Shown here piece by piece: positions 8,001-17,145 of a stretch of 62,151 bases of DNA; the first letter of the stretch is position 1; each line of letters opens with the position of its first letter. The stretch is from IMG/VR virus record IMGVR_UViG_3300042458_000246, positions 1-62,151 of that record; one strand, given 5' to 3'. The notes under the pieces are model-generated. The model made no database searches. It was not told the DNA's origin and saw only the letters and a program-made list of their open reading frames with translations. Source of the stretch: a virus. Its lineage: Duplodnaviria > Caudoviricetes. The position numbers were made by a program, and so were the translations under genes.

Positions 8001-8371
8001 TCAGCGATAATTCTCTTAAGATCTTCATCTGAGAGGTCTGCTGTACGTGTAGTAGTAGTCTGATCAATCCTCTGTAGTTTAGGTTGTTCATACTCTGCTA
8101 CCATGTTAGCATACCTAGCAGCATCTTCAAAGTTATCCTGTTGAAGTGCTTGATGCATAGCCATTCTCAAAACATCAAGCGAAGATAGTTGAGGTAAGTC
8201 TTTCATTACTTCTTGAAAGTTCTTAGCATTCAACTTAAATTCTTCTCTGATCTGCTTATTCAACATTCTTGACTGAGTAGCTTTCTTCTGATTCTCTCGA
8301 GCTGTCTCTGAAGTAATTAGCTTTAGGTTAGCAAGAGAGTTAATGTTACGGGTTTTACCACCTGATGACAT
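7988..8371 (-). CDS. Putative terminase small subunit, inverted within the early arm
   Basis: AAGGAG RBS and its own phage promoter. NSLANLK, YEQPKL and DLSDEDL motifs are typical of TerS-like proteins. Confidence 0.6.
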   Translation of the reverse strand: MSSGGKTRNINSLANLKLITSETARENQKKATQSRMLNKQIREEFKLNAKNFQEVMKDLPQLSSLDVLRMAMHQALQQDNFEDAARYANMVAEYEQPKLQRIDQTTTTRTADLSDEDLKRIIAEEGL

Positions 8372-8406
8372 TCCATTCTCCTTGTTTGTTAATAATAATA
8401 TAATAT

Positions 8407-8422
8407 CTATTAGGAACCGACT
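8407..8422 (-). promoter_or_regulatory. Phage RNAP promoter
   Basis: AGTCGGTTCCTAATAG, 15/16. Confidence 0.8.
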
Positions 8423-8464
8423 AGCGAGAAGTATACTTGAAACTTAAATCCATAGGAAAATATC

Positions 8465-8968
8465 ATGACACAAGCAACAAACACACCTAACATCATCATC
8501 AAAGATGTAGCCTTATTCTGGGCTAAGTTAGATAAACCTGTATCACCTTTCGGTGTTGATCAGTATGAGTTACAAATCCAAGGTGACAAGAAACGTGAGA
8601 AAGAGTTCTCTCAATTCGGTAAAGTTAAGCCTATTGAAGGCGGTAAAATCTCTGTTAATCTTAAGAAGAAAGCTTTTAAGAAAGATGGTACTGATGCCGC
8701 CAAAGTAAGGGTTGTTGACTCTGGTAAGAAAGAACTTAATCCAACATTAATCGGTAATGGTTCTATCGGTAATGTCATGGTATATTGCTCACCTTATGAG
8801 ATCAAACTTCCTAACGGTAAAGTTAGTAAGTCTGGTATCTCTACCATGTTAGTAGCTGTTCAAGTTACTGATCTTGTTCGCTATGAACGTAAATCTGAAA
8901 ACTTTGTTGACTTTGATGTTGAAGGTGCTTCAGTTGATACAGATCAATCTGAAGAAGCAATGTTCTAA
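8465..8968 (+). CDS. Single-stranded DNA-binding protein (T7 gp2.5-like)
   Basis: FWAKL, IGNGSIGNV, LVAVQVTDLVRY; acidic tail ending in Phe. Confidence 0.85.
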   Translation: MTQATNTPNIIIKDVALFWAKLDKPVSPFGVDQYELQIQGDKKREKEFSQFGKVKPIEGGKISVNLKKKAFKKDGTDAAKVRVVDSGKKELNPTLIGNGSIGNVMVYCSPYEIKLPNGKVSKSGISTMLVAVQVTDLVRYERKSENFVDFDVEGASVDTDQSEEAMF

Positions 8969-8975
8969 ATAAACT

Positions 8976-9025
8976 AATCCCTTGTGATAGTCTCTAACGA
9001 GTCTGTCATGAGGGATTTTTATTTT
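8976..9025 (+). terminator. Intrinsic terminator after SSB
   Basis: ATCCCTTGTGATAG...CTGTCATGAGGGAT followed by TTTTATTTT. Confidence 0.75.
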
Positions 9026-9033
9026 ATACTATT

Positions 9034-9234
9034 ATGACACTAATTGATAAATCATGTTTTGAAAGAGGTTGTGCTTGTTATGACAACCGTGATGGGTATG
9101 ATACTGTTGAAGTAATCAGGCGTACATGGATTGGTCTTGATCAAACAACCAAACCAGATATCAGACACCAAACTGAAGCTTTCTTCGCTGGTGTACAATG
9201 GGCAGAAACTAGACTTAAAGAACTTAACACTTAA
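9034..9234 (+). CDS. Hypothetical protein (RTWxGL...KLKExN module)
   Basis: RRTWIGLD...FFAGVQWAETRLKELNT, shared with 15103-15615. Confidence 0.65.
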   Translation: MTLIDKSCFERGCACYDNRDGYDTVEVIRRTWIGLDQTTKPDIRHQTEAFFAGVQWAETRLKELNT

Positions 9235-9252
9235 CAACTTGAAAGATATAAA

Positions 9253-9621
9253 ATGAAACTCAATAAAACACAACGTGACTATGCTGTAAGTCGTCTCTCT
9301 GATAAAATCCGTGAAAAATCAGGTAAAGAAATGCCTGCATTTATCTCATCTAAAAAGTCTGATATGAAAGAAATCTATAAACTGCTGACTAATGCAGGTG
9401 TTCAACTTGTTCCCGAAACTGAATTCGTAAACTCATGGGGTGTACGTAGTATCGGTGATGTTATCATTTTCCCTGTTAACTTTGATAAGGAGTATGAAGA
9501 AAACGTTCGTATCCGTGATGAAATCCGTGTTAAATATGAGAATATCCAACAAGAATTAATGGATAAACTCTACCTGTGTGATGAAGCACAAGAAGCTCTC
9601 GACTTAATCAACTCAATCTAA
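9253..9621 (+). CDS. Hypothetical protein
   Basis: 122-aa ORF, phage-typical codons. Confidence 0.75.
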   Translation: MKLNKTQRDYAVSRLSDKIREKSGKEMPAFISSKKSDMKEIYKLLTNAGVQLVPETEFVNSWGVRSIGDVIIFPVNFDKEYEENVRIRDEIRVKYENIQQELMDKLYLCDEAQEALDLINSI

Positions 9622-9631
9622 AGGAAATAAC

Positions 9632-9922
9632 ATGCTAAAACTAAATGAATTCTGGAAATCAAAAATTCAATTTGAAGTTAGTCTTGTTGAAAAAACACCT
9701 AAAGACTACTACACACCCGAAAATTGGGAACAAGGTGAAGGTGTATACTACTCAAAAGAAACTGACTACATTTACTTCGTAGATAAACATTCTGTAAATT
9801 CTATCTACGCACCATTCTCAAAAGGTTTATTCACATTAATTGAAGATGAATACCAATCACCTAAAGTTGAAGAAGACTTGTTCCTTAAATCACTTGCAGC
9901 ACTCAACGGGCATCGTCTATGA
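9632..9922 (+). CDS. Hypothetical protein
   Basis: AAGGA RBS. Confidence 0.7.
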   Translation: MLKLNEFWKSKIQFEVSLVEKTPKDYYTPENWEQGEGVYYSKETDYIYFVDKHSVNSIYAPFSKGLFTLIEDEYQSPKVEEDLFLKSLAALNGHRL

Positions 9923-10149
9923 AACCTGATGGCTTTAATTTAGAGCAATCTATCTTAGAGTGTTGGCAAGTATGCGAAGATCTAAAGTATGGTAAAATGG
10001 ATCAACAAATACTTGCCAAATACTATGAAGTTAAGTTTAATCAACTATGGGAAATCTTTGAGGAATTAACACATGACAGATACTTTACTTCTTCTACCAG
10101 AACGACATCGACACCTGATCCGTTCAACAATGAAGCATCTTCTTCATGA
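9919..10149 (+). CDS. Hypothetical protein (LEQxIxxCW type)
   Basis: FNLEQSILECWQV...YEVKFNQLWEIFE; ATGA overlap. Confidence 0.65.
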   Translation: MKPDGFNLEQSILECWQVCEDLKYGKMDQQILAKYYEVKFNQLWEIFEELTHDRYFTSSTRTTSTPDPFNNEASSS

Positions 10150-10327
10150 ACGTGAGGCTGATCTAGCCTTCTGTAATGATATGATAACAATGCACTGGAA
10201 TTGTTCTAACAAAGACAAACCAGAAAGTGCAAGAGCATTCAAAAACCTTAACCACTACAAGGATTACAAACGTAAACTTCGTAAAGAACTAACCACAATC
10301 CGTTCAATTCTACAGGTAATGAAATGA
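10073..10327 (+). CDS. Hypothetical protein
   Basis: GAGGA RBS. Confidence 0.6.
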   Translation: MTDTLLLLPERHRHLIRSTMKHLLHEREADLAFCNDMITMHWNCSNKDKPESARAFKNLNHYKDYKRKLRKELTTIRSILQVMK

Positions 10328-10560
10328 AATATCACCACTGGTATTATACTGATAATGCAGACTTTGAATGCACTATTGAAGCTGAGAAAGGTAGTTTATG
10401 TCAAATCCGTGATGAAAAAGGAGGCTATGAACCAGACTATGCAGATGAAATCTATGTTACTGAAGTTAAGCACAAAGATACTGATATCATTGATGTTATC
10501 CATCCAGATGTACTACGTGATATCGTATCTCAATTCGTTGAAGTAAATTCCTCACTCTGA
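10324..10560 (+). CDS. Hypothetical acidic protein
   Basis: ATGA overlap. Confidence 0.65.
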   Translation: MKYHHWYYTDNADFECTIEAEKGSLCQIRDEKGGYEPDYADEIYVTEVKHKDTDIIDVIHPDVLRDIVSQFVEVNSSL

Positions 10561-10569
10561 AAGACTAAC

Positions 10570-11013
10570 ATGCAAAATCCCTTAAGTGAATATCGTAGTG
10601 GTCTCTTCGCTACACATAATAACCTTGATGAATCATTCTCATACCTAAACAGTATGATTTCTACTATGTCCAGTAGTGATCAACAAGGTATTAATGTAGC
10701 TGTAAGATGCCTTATCAATACACTTGCAAAAGTTATTGATGATGTATATCACCCAAGTAAAAACATGTCTATCAGTTCTCTTGTAGACAAGTACCTTGAT
10801 GATGTCCTTGCAGTACGTGTTGAAGAAATCGTCAATGATCGTATCAGTACTGCTCTAGATCAATACATGGAAGATGTGTTTGATATCACTGACTATGATC
10901 ATGAAATCGATTGGGAAGATCGCATCAGTTCTAACCTTGATAGAAGTGTTATAGCAGACCTTGTTGAAGAAGCAATCAAAGAAAACATAACATTCGAGGT
11001 AACTGTATCGTGA
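10570..11013 (+). CDS. Hypothetical acidic protein
   Basis: 147-aa ORF. Confidence 0.75.
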   Translation: MQNPLSEYRSGLFATHNNLDESFSYLNSMISTMSSSDQQGINVAVRCLINTLAKVIDDVYHPSKNMSISSLVDKYLDDVLAVRVEEIVNDRISTALDQYMEDVFDITDYDHEIDWEDRISSNLDRSVIADLVEEAIKENITFEVTVS

Positions 11014-11243
11014 ACCAACCAGAGTCTAACGGCTACTTTGTCTTCGTAAAGCAAGGTTATGATCGAGCCTACTATTGTGTAGCAGGTCGTGATATCAAAC
11101 TTGAAGACGCCATATGCTATCTATTCCCAAATGAAGCAGCTAAAGTATGTACAACAATGAACATGAGATTTAATGATGAACAACGTCAAAAAGAAACGCT
11201 CAATGAATCCGGAAGTACTAGCCAAGGGCAAAGCAGCTCTTGA
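11010..11243 (+). CDS. Hypothetical protein
   Basis: GTGA overlap, GAGGT RBS. Confidence 0.6.
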   Translation: MNQPESNGYFVFVKQGYDRAYYCVAGRDIKLEDAICYLFPNEAAKVCTTMNMRFNDEQRQKETLNESGSTSQGQSSS

Positions 11244-11472
11244 ACAGTGGCGTAAAGAAAAAGCTTATGCTGTAAAGAAAGGTGGTAAGTTCCTTGAAGC
11301 ATGGAATGAAGAACAAGAGTTAAAGAAAGCTCAAAAGCGTACTTCACCCATGCAAGCAATCAAAAACTTTTGTAATGACTGTGTAGGAGGTATTCGATCA
11401 GACATAACCAACTGTACTGCTAAACAATGTTCTCTGTATATCTATCGTCCATACAAGAAAGGTGAAGAATGA
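11173..11472 (+). CDS. Cys-rich (probable Zn-binding) conserved phage protein
   Basis: AIKNFCNDC...NC....CSLYIYRPY. Confidence 0.7.
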   Translation: MMNNVKKKRSMNPEVLAKGKAALEQWRKEKAYAVKKGGKFLEAWNEEQELKKAQKRTSPMQAIKNFCNDCVGGIRSDITNCTAKQCSLYIYRPYKKGEE

Positions 11473-11648
11473 GAGTTCGTATCAGAGAAGATCATCGTGA
11501 AGATCACTGGTGGGTTGAATACACTGAATGGTGGATGCTTGGTAAGTGGCAACATGTAGATGTATTCATTGGTAACAACGCTATGAACCGAGCATTAGCC
11601 TGTGCTAAACGTGTTAAAAACCCTAACATCATTGAGGTTGAATCATGA
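11469..11648 (+). CDS. Hypothetical protein (59 aa)
   Basis: Manually found; ATGA overlaps on both sides. Confidence 0.55.
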   Translation: MRVRIREDHREDHWWVEYTEWWMLGKWQHVDVFIGNNAMNRALACAKRVKNPNIIEVES

Positions 11649-11791
11649 ATGAGTATTGCTTTCAAATTAGTCGTACATCAACAGTGTGGGTATGCGCTAT
11701 TGATGAAGAAGAAGCCCAATCAAAAGTGTATGAAGAAATCGGCTATGATCCGGGTGAAATGGAACTTGTTGATGTGAACTTTGATATATGA
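11645..11791 (+). CDS. Hypothetical protein (48 aa)
   Basis: Manually found; GAGGT RBS, ATGA overlaps. Confidence 0.55.
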   Translation: MNEYCFQISRTSTVWVCAIDEEEAQSKVYEEIGYDPGEMELVDVNFDI

Positions 11792-12054
11792 AACTCTACG
11801 ACCTACCCCGAGGATCTTACTTCACCTTAATCGGTGATACAATGATACCACCTGAAGCAAGACATCCTAATCTTAATAAAACCTATAAGCTAGGTAACAT
11901 AGATGGTATGTACTCACACTGTTCTGATAACACAGGCGACATATACCATTTTGCCGCATGGTCTGAAATTAATGAGGTAACTGATAATGATAGCATACAA
12001 ACTTTTCAGGAAACGTACAGACAATACCTACGGACCACTCTTTATCAATCGTAA
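11788..12054 (+). CDS. Hypothetical protein (MKLYDLPR...IDGMYS type)
   Basis: ATGA overlap, recurrent phage motif. Confidence 0.65.
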   Translation: MKLYDLPRGSYFTLIGDTMIPPEARHPNLNKTYKLGNIDGMYSHCSDNTGDIYHFAAWSEINEVTDNDSIQTFQETYRQYLRTTLYQS

Positions 12055-12286
12055 ACAACGACTAGAAAAAGATGTATGGTACTTCGCTGAAGATCATAAG
12101 ACCAAAGGTTATGCGCATCGTCCAGGATGGCATGCATGTGCTGAACCTATTGCACCACACCTATCTAAAACAGGTCGTGTATGGTGTAAAGTAAAAATCA
12201 ATGATCTTGTACGTCACCAAAGACCTGAGTCTCAAGGCGGTCTCTGGTTTACTGCTAATGTACTTAAAATAATCGAGGAACTATGA
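11987..12286 (+). CDS. Conserved hypothetical phage protein
   Basis: RPGWHAC..PIAPHL...RPESQGGLW. Confidence 0.75.
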   Translation: MIAYKLFRKRTDNTYGPLFINRKQRLEKDVWYFAEDHKTKGYAHRPGWHACAEPIAPHLSKTGRVWCKVKINDLVRHQRPESQGGLWFTANVLKIIEEL

Positions 12287-12432
12287 GTTCAACACTAATA
12301 GCAATCATCGGCATAGTCTATCTAGGTGTATGTATTGATCTATTCCTTAAAGGAAGTCTAGGTCTAAGCATTGCATTCTTAGGTTATGCTATCGGTAATG
12401 TAGGTTTATACTTGGAGACAGTAACTAAATGA
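12283..12432 (+). CDS. Small membrane protein (49 aa)
   Basis: GAGGA RBS, two hydrophobic helices, ATGA overlaps. Confidence 0.6.
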   Translation: MSSTLIAIIGIVYLGVCIDLFLKGSLGLSIAFLGYAIGNVGLYLETVTK

Positions 12433-12836
12433 ATCGTAGAACAATCTACCTTGCGGGTCCAATGGAACACGTATCTACTGAAGAAGCTAAAGGTTGGCGA
12501 TCAACAGCGACCCACCTGTTAGCTCACTCTTCAAACATACTTAACCCATGCAGACGTATTCATGCATTTCAACCTAAGTATATGAAACGTATATTTGAGC
12601 TTGATCTTCGTGATATCCGTGAGTCTGACTTAATCTTAGCAAACTTAAATAATCCAACTGTTCCTAAACACGGTACAGCTATGGAAGTATTCTATGCTGC
12701 TTATGTATTAAAGATTCCTGTTGTAGCGTTTAAAGAAGACAATACAACAATTCACCCTTTCTTTGAATCCCTTGTAACTGAATGGAGGTCTACTGTCGAT
12801 AAAGCTTGTGATACAATTCTTGCGGAGTACTTATGA
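12429..12836 (+). CDS. Nucleoside 2-deoxyribosyltransferase-like protein
   Basis: IYLAGPM...WR...DLRDIRESDLILA...GTAMEVFYA. Confidence 0.85.
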   Translation: MNRRTIYLAGPMEHVSTEEAKGWRSTATHLLAHSSNILNPCRRIHAFQPKYMKRIFELDLRDIRESDLILANLNNPTVPKHGTAMEVFYAAYVLKIPVVAFKEDNTTIHPFFESLVTEWRSTVDKACDTILAEYL

Positions 12837-12899
12837 TAGGAGTATTAACAATCATAAGCATATACTACATCTGGTACTGCGTTTCATTTAAGGACTAAT

Positions 12900-13142
12900 A
12901 TGCCATACATAACTGAAGAAGCCCGTCAATCACCACACATGCTCAACTATGAGCCACACTGTGCAGGTGAATTAAACTTCCTGATCACAACATTCATTCG
13001 TGACTACTACAATAAAAGCCCATCATATCAGTCTGTAAATGATATTGTTGGCGCACTTGAAGGAGCTAAACTAGAGTTCTATCGTAGAATTGCCGCCCCT
13101 TATGAAGATACTAAAATCATTATAAACGGAGATGTATACTAA
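12900..13142 (+). CDS. Conserved hypothetical phage protein
   Basis: MPYI...GELNF...GALEGAKLEFYRRIAAPYED.K...NGDVY. Confidence 0.75.
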   Translation: MPYITEEARQSPHMLNYEPHCAGELNFLITTFIRDYYNKSPSYQSVNDIVGALEGAKLEFYRRIAAPYEDTKIIINGDVY

Positions 13143-13618
13143 TGGAAATCACAATGAAACCAAAACCAGTGCCACAATCACGTATCGACAAAATCCTATC
13201 ACATTGGGATGAAGAAGATTTCTTTGACATTCAATCTAAAAAATTCCTTAAACAAGAACGTAAAGAACTTGACCGAGGTTGGTCTGAAGCTTTCGCTACG
13301 TCATACAATGATGAAATTGATGCTGATGAAAAACCAACATTCCAAACACAAGAGTTTAAAGACTTGGTAAAAGAATCACTATACAAAGATCACATCAACC
13401 CTCCACACTACAAGAACGTAGCCGCAGGTAAACAATACATGGAACTCATGGTTGACATGCTTGAAGGTAAGTCAGGTGTTGAAGCTCACTTGTTCGGTCA
13501 AGTGTATAAGTACCTGATGCGTTGTGGTAATAAAGACCAAGAAGTACAAGAGTTAAACAAAGCTCTGTGGTATCTTCAGGCACTCATCAAGTACAAGTCT
13601 GAAGGTAAAGTCTTATGA
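13142..13618 (+). CDS. DUF3310 (T7 gp1.7/SaV-like) domain protein
   Basis: DHINPPHY...KYLMRCGNK...ELNKALWYL. Confidence 0.8.
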   Translation: MEITMKPKPVPQSRIDKILSHWDEEDFFDIQSKKFLKQERKELDRGWSEAFATSYNDEIDADEKPTFQTQEFKDLVKESLYKDHINPPHYKNVAAGKQYMELMVDMLEGKSGVEAHLFGQVYKYLMRCGNKDQEVQELNKALWYLQALIKYKSEGKVL

Positions 13619-13851
13619 ATGAACCAAAGGTAGTACATTACTTCGGAACTCCAACATTCCATAAAGTTGACTTCAATGATATTACATTAACATTCGCATC
13701 CATTCCACTAGTTCTAGATCATCCTAAACTTGGCAGATGCTTTGATGTAAGATCTTCTGTAGTCTGTTCTAATCTAGACGAAGACGGGTCATTCTATACA
13801 ATGAACACACACTACAAAAAAGCAACTAATGAACCATATCAAGACGATTAA
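13615..13851 (+). CDS. Hypothetical protein
   Basis: LDHPKLG...VRSS.V....TMNTHY, a recurrent phage motif. Confidence 0.65.
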   Translation: MNEPKVVHYFGTPTFHKVDFNDITLTFASIPLVLDHPKLGRCFDVRSSVVCSNLDEDGSFYTMNTHYKKATNEPYQDD

Positions 13852-14434
13852 ACGTTTTGTCGCTGGAAGTGTTAAGTTCTTCGACATCTATGAATGCACT
13901 GTAGATGAAGTTGATACTTACACTTCTAGTACTGGCAAATCTATGGTTAAGGTATCCATTGAAGGTAAAGAGTATAATGGTCTCCACAACAAATGGGTCT
14001 TTGAATATCTCTGTGCCAACGAAGGACAGCCATCTTTTGTAGTCTTCTGGAAAGCCCCTAAAGGTGATCCTATGGTAGCCTACGTTAAAGAGATCTGGCA
14101 GAATCACATTGATGGTACTCCACAAGAGACTGTCTATCTAGCAGATGATGCTGAAGCACATAAACAAGAAGGTGACTCTTTCCTGTATATGTGGGTTAAC
14201 AAAGATACCGATAAGAAGTACATTGGTAAACACAGAGGTAAACCTGATGATGGGTATGTTTGTTCGTCTGAAAGCCTTATGACTGAATACAATGAATGTC
14301 CATCAAGATTTATCAGGACAATCCTTGCATATGGTTCTGATCAAGAAATGCTTGAGTTAGAAACTATAATGCTTCTGCAGTTAAAGACTCGTATGAGTCC
14401 ACTGTACTATAACCTTTCAAATAATCTTAGATAA
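13829..14434 (+). CDS. Two-domain protein with C-terminal GIY-YIG (Seg-like) nuclease
   Basis: FLYMWVNKDTDKKYIGKH...GYVCSS...E...YYN. Confidence 0.7.
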   Translation: MNHIKTIKRFVAGSVKFFDIYECTVDEVDTYTSSTGKSMVKVSIEGKEYNGLHNKWVFEYLCANEGQPSFVVFWKAPKGDPMVAYVKEIWQNHIDGTPQETVYLADDAEAHKQEGDSFLYMWVNKDTDKKYIGKHRGKPDDGYVCSSESLMTEYNECPSRFIRTILAYGSDQEMLELETIMLLQLKTRMSPLYYNLSNNLR

Positions 14435-14445
14435 GGATAATTGAT

Positions 14446-14703
14446 ATGGCAAAATCACATGCTGTTAAACATGACTTCACTATTAAATTAGGTGGTCAAA
14501 ACTATGAGATTCAAATTAGCCCTAGCACTAACTATGGTTGGTTTGAGCATAATGAACTTGGTGACGAATCAGGTGGAGGTCTCTGGTTTGATCGTGGAAT
14601 GTTCCTGATTGACTATGATGGTGTATATGAATTACCCTCAGAAGTTAAAGATAGTCTAATCAGGTTTGGTTATATTGATCCACTGGAGGTAGAGCAATGG
14701 TAA
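14446..14703 (+). CDS. Conserved hypothetical phage protein
   Basis: GGGLWF...LIDYDGVYELP; AAGGA RBS. Confidence 0.75.
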   Translation: MAKSHAVKHDFTIKLGGQNYEIQISPSTNYGWFEHNELGDESGGGLWFDRGMFLIDYDGVYELPSEVKDSLIRFGYIDPLEVEQW

Positions 14704-14900
14704 TGATTGAAGTAGACTTTGAATGCGAATGTAATATTGTTTCTCAAAGTATAAGAAATACTTACAATGAAATGTGTGACGCTAAACTAAGTAGCAACCT
14801 ATTTAGTTTAGATGAATGCGAAAACAAAAATAAAGTAAAGAAATTTAAAAAGGCTTTAAAGATGGTATACGAACACTATAGCATTGATAAACTTGATTAA
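14697..14900 (+). CDS. Hypothetical protein
   Basis: GGAGGT RBS. Confidence 0.65.
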   Translation: MVMIEVDFECECNIVSQSIRNTYNEMCDAKLSSNLFSLDECENKNKVKKFKKALKMVYEHYSIDKLD

Positions 14901-14915
14901 AATCAACACAACCAC

Positions 14916-14931
14916 AGTCGGTACCTTATAG
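14916..14931 (+). promoter_or_regulatory. Phage RNAP promoter (replication/middle genes)
   Basis: AGTCGGTACCTTATAG, 15/16, intergenic. Confidence 0.8.
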
Positions 14932-14948
14932 ATACACACGGAGAACCT

Positions 14949-15110
14949 ATGAAAAAGTATGTTGTAACTTGCTGTTTTGAAATCAACTATGAACCTGAAA
15001 CAATGGCTGATATTGATACTATCATCCGAGAGATGGTCAGGGAAGATTACCTTGACATCTACAATGGTGAAATGTTTTATATAGTAGAAGCAGAGGAAAT
15101 CAATGACTAA
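14949..15110 (+). CDS. Hypothetical acidic protein (53 aa)
   Basis: GGAG RBS just after the promoter. Confidence 0.6.
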   Translation: MKKYVVTCCFEINYEPETMADIDTIIREMVREDYLDIYNGEMFYIVEAEEIND

Positions 15111-15615
15111 AGAAGCATTGAAGCTGGCGCTGGAGGCGTTGGAATACCACACAGCACAGACACGCCCTATAGAGCAAACTAATGAAGCCATCACCGCCAT
15201 AAAAGAAGCCTTAGCCAACGAAGCCCTCGAAAAGATGGCAGAGAACGCCAGAGAATTGGGGCGGGACTATGAGCCAGCACAAAAGCCTTGTGGTAATTGC
15301 AAAGGTTCTGGTTGGGTTACTCGTGACCCTGACATTGGCACAGACCAAGAATGCTTTGTTTGCGGTGGTTCTGGTGCGTACCCTAAAGAGCCAGAACAAG
15401 AGCCTGTAGCTTGGATGAACCAATTAGATGAAAACTTTTTTTCTAAACAAAAGGATACATTTACATATTCAATTCCTCTCTACACAGGACCACAGCGCAC
15501 ATGGGTTGGGCTGACGGATGAGGACTTTTTGGAAGCCTGTCAGATTGCAGAGCGAGGCAACTATCTTGTGGCATTTCAGCGCATACAAGCCAAACTCAAG
15601 GAAAAGAACACATGA
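15103..15615 (+). CDS. Mosaic hypothetical protein with CxxCxGxG zinc finger
   Basis: ALKLALEAL, CGNCKGSG..CFVCGGSG, QEPVAW, RTWVGLTDE modules; patches richer in GC. Confidence 0.75.
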   Translation: MTKEALKLALEALEYHTAQTRPIEQTNEAITAIKEALANEALEKMAENARELGRDYEPAQKPCGNCKGSGWVTRDPDIGTDQECFVCGGSGAYPKEPEQEPVAWMNQLDENFFSKQKDTFTYSIPLYTGPQRTWVGLTDEDFLEACQIAERGNYLVAFQRIQAKLKEKNT

Positions 15616-15890
15616 ACAGAGATAAAGCGTATACACTGTATACAACAGCTGAAGAATGTAATGAAGTTTCTCAGAACATTATGAAGGTACTGAGGTTTGG
15701 TCTTGATACAATTTATCCCAAAGATGGTAAAGAAAGTAATCGAGATAAACTTGAGGAAGAAATGGGTCAATTAATGTTTTGTCTTAATCACTTGATATCC
15801 GATCTGGATTTAAGTGAAGACAATATCATGAATGCCTATAACGAGAAAGCTAATACATGGTTAAAATGGAAAGCCTATTATGTTAATTGA
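15612..15890 (+). CDS. MazG-like NTP pyrophosphohydrolase
   Basis: AEECNEV...K.LRFG...LEEEMGQL (ExxE...ExxD-like, with D>Q). Confidence 0.65.
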   Translation: MNRDKAYTLYTTAEECNEVSQNIMKVLRFGLDTIYPKDGKESNRDKLEEEMGQLMFCLNHLISDLDLSEDNIMNAYNEKANTWLKWKAYYVN

Positions 15891-16041
15891 TACAGCACAA
15901 GAGGGTGTAGTACGAGTTACTATTGACTTCTTTACCCCACTAACAGATGAGCTTGAGTATAAGCTACACTATATTCTAGATAGTATAGCTGAACTTGAAT
16001 ATGACTATGACAGAGAGGTAGAACTTGAAATCGCAAAGTGA
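15880..16041 (+). CDS. Hypothetical acidic protein (53 aa)
   Basis: Manually found, fills the gap between neighbours. Confidence 0.5.
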   Translation: MLIDTAQEGVVRVTIDFFTPLTDELEYKLHYILDSIAELEYDYDREVELEIAK

Positions 16042-16480
16042 CTGGGATCTGTTCTATATGCGTATTGCTAACCTGATTTCTCAGCAATCATACGCAGAAG
16101 ATCGTAAAGTAGGTGCTATCATTGTCAAAGATGATAACATCATTTCATTCTCATACAACGGTACACCACGAGGAACTAACAATGATACCCAAGTATACGA
16201 GGTTCTCCATGCAGAAACTCAGGCAATTGCCAAGGTTTCCCGTTCTAATCAATCTACTCTGGGTGCTACTCTGTATAGCACTCTTTCCCCTTGTATTGAT
16301 TGCGCTAAGCTTATATACGCTGTTGGGATTCATCGAGTGGTTTTTAGAGACAATTATAAATGCTCTAGAGGGACTGAGTTCTTAACTAATCAAGGTGTTA
16401 TAATTAATAACACACAACTACATGAAGCATTCATTGATCCAATGTTGCTGATTAACACAGGACTATATAATAATGACTGA
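16025..16480 (+). CDS. dCMP deaminase
   Basis: KVGAIIV, YNGTP, HAE, SPCIDC; TTG start after GAGGT. Confidence 0.9.
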   Translation: MKSQSDWDLFYMRIANLISQQSYAEDRKVGAIIVKDDNIISFSYNGTPRGTNNDTQVYEVLHAETQAIAKVSRSNQSTLGATLYSTLSPCIDCAKLIYAVGIHRVVFRDNYKCSRGTEFLTNQGVIINNTQLHEAFIDPMLLINTGLYNND

Positions 16481-16673
16481 AACAACAGCATTACTTGCTA
16501 TTAGTTTAGTAGCTTTAGGTGCGTATAACTGGCACCTCCATACAATCATTCAAGGGCTTAACGATCAAATTGATAACTTCCTTGAGATGGTCATGGAGAT
16601 GGCTAAAGAACTACAAGAACTTGGGTCACCTAATGCAAAGGTAGTTGATGACAAAATCAAAGAAAACCTATGA
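16473..16673 (+). CDS. Small membrane-anchored protein
   Basis: N-terminal hydrophobic helix followed by coiled coil. Confidence 0.6.
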   Translation: MTETTALLAISLVALGAYNWHLHTIIQGLNDQIDNFLEMVMEMAKELQELGSPNAKVVDDKIKENL

Positions 16674-17145
16674 TAGACCTAAGAATATCCGTGTGACAGT
16701 AGCTTGTCTACCTGATGCTGAAAAAGATGTAAGGCAAATGTTCTTCGATTGCCTTAATGATTACAGCAAACGTTTCAAGGTACCTATCACGGATAAAAAG
16801 TTTGTAGTGCATATCTGCTTAATTGAATATGAAGAAAACTGTAATGAACAAGGATTAACCATATACAATGATGTAGATAGACGTATTCTTATTCAGTTAA
16901 GAGACCCACTACTAAACGAATGGGGTCCAAACCACTATGTCATGGATAAGTTTATTAACATTCTTGCCCATGAAATTGTACATGCATGTCAGTACCTATG
17001 CAATCGTAAGATACCTAAGTTTAATAAACTAAGTTACGATAAAAAAGATTTAAGAGAGCAATACTTCTTTGATCCCTCAGAAATGGAGGCTCGAATGTTA
17101 GAGGCTCCATACACATCATTCTACGGGGGTATTCTTAATGAATAA
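16645..17145 (+). CDS. Zincin-like metallopeptidase
   Basis: LAHEIVHACQY...PSEMEAR. Confidence 0.8.
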   Translation: MMTKSKKTYDRPKNIRVTVACLPDAEKDVRQMFFDCLNDYSKRFKVPITDKKFVVHICLIEYEENCNEQGLTIYNDVDRRILIQLRDPLLNEWGPNHYVMDKFINILAHEIVHACQYLCNRKIPKFNKLSYDKKDLREQYFFDPSEMEARMLEAPYTSFYGGILNE

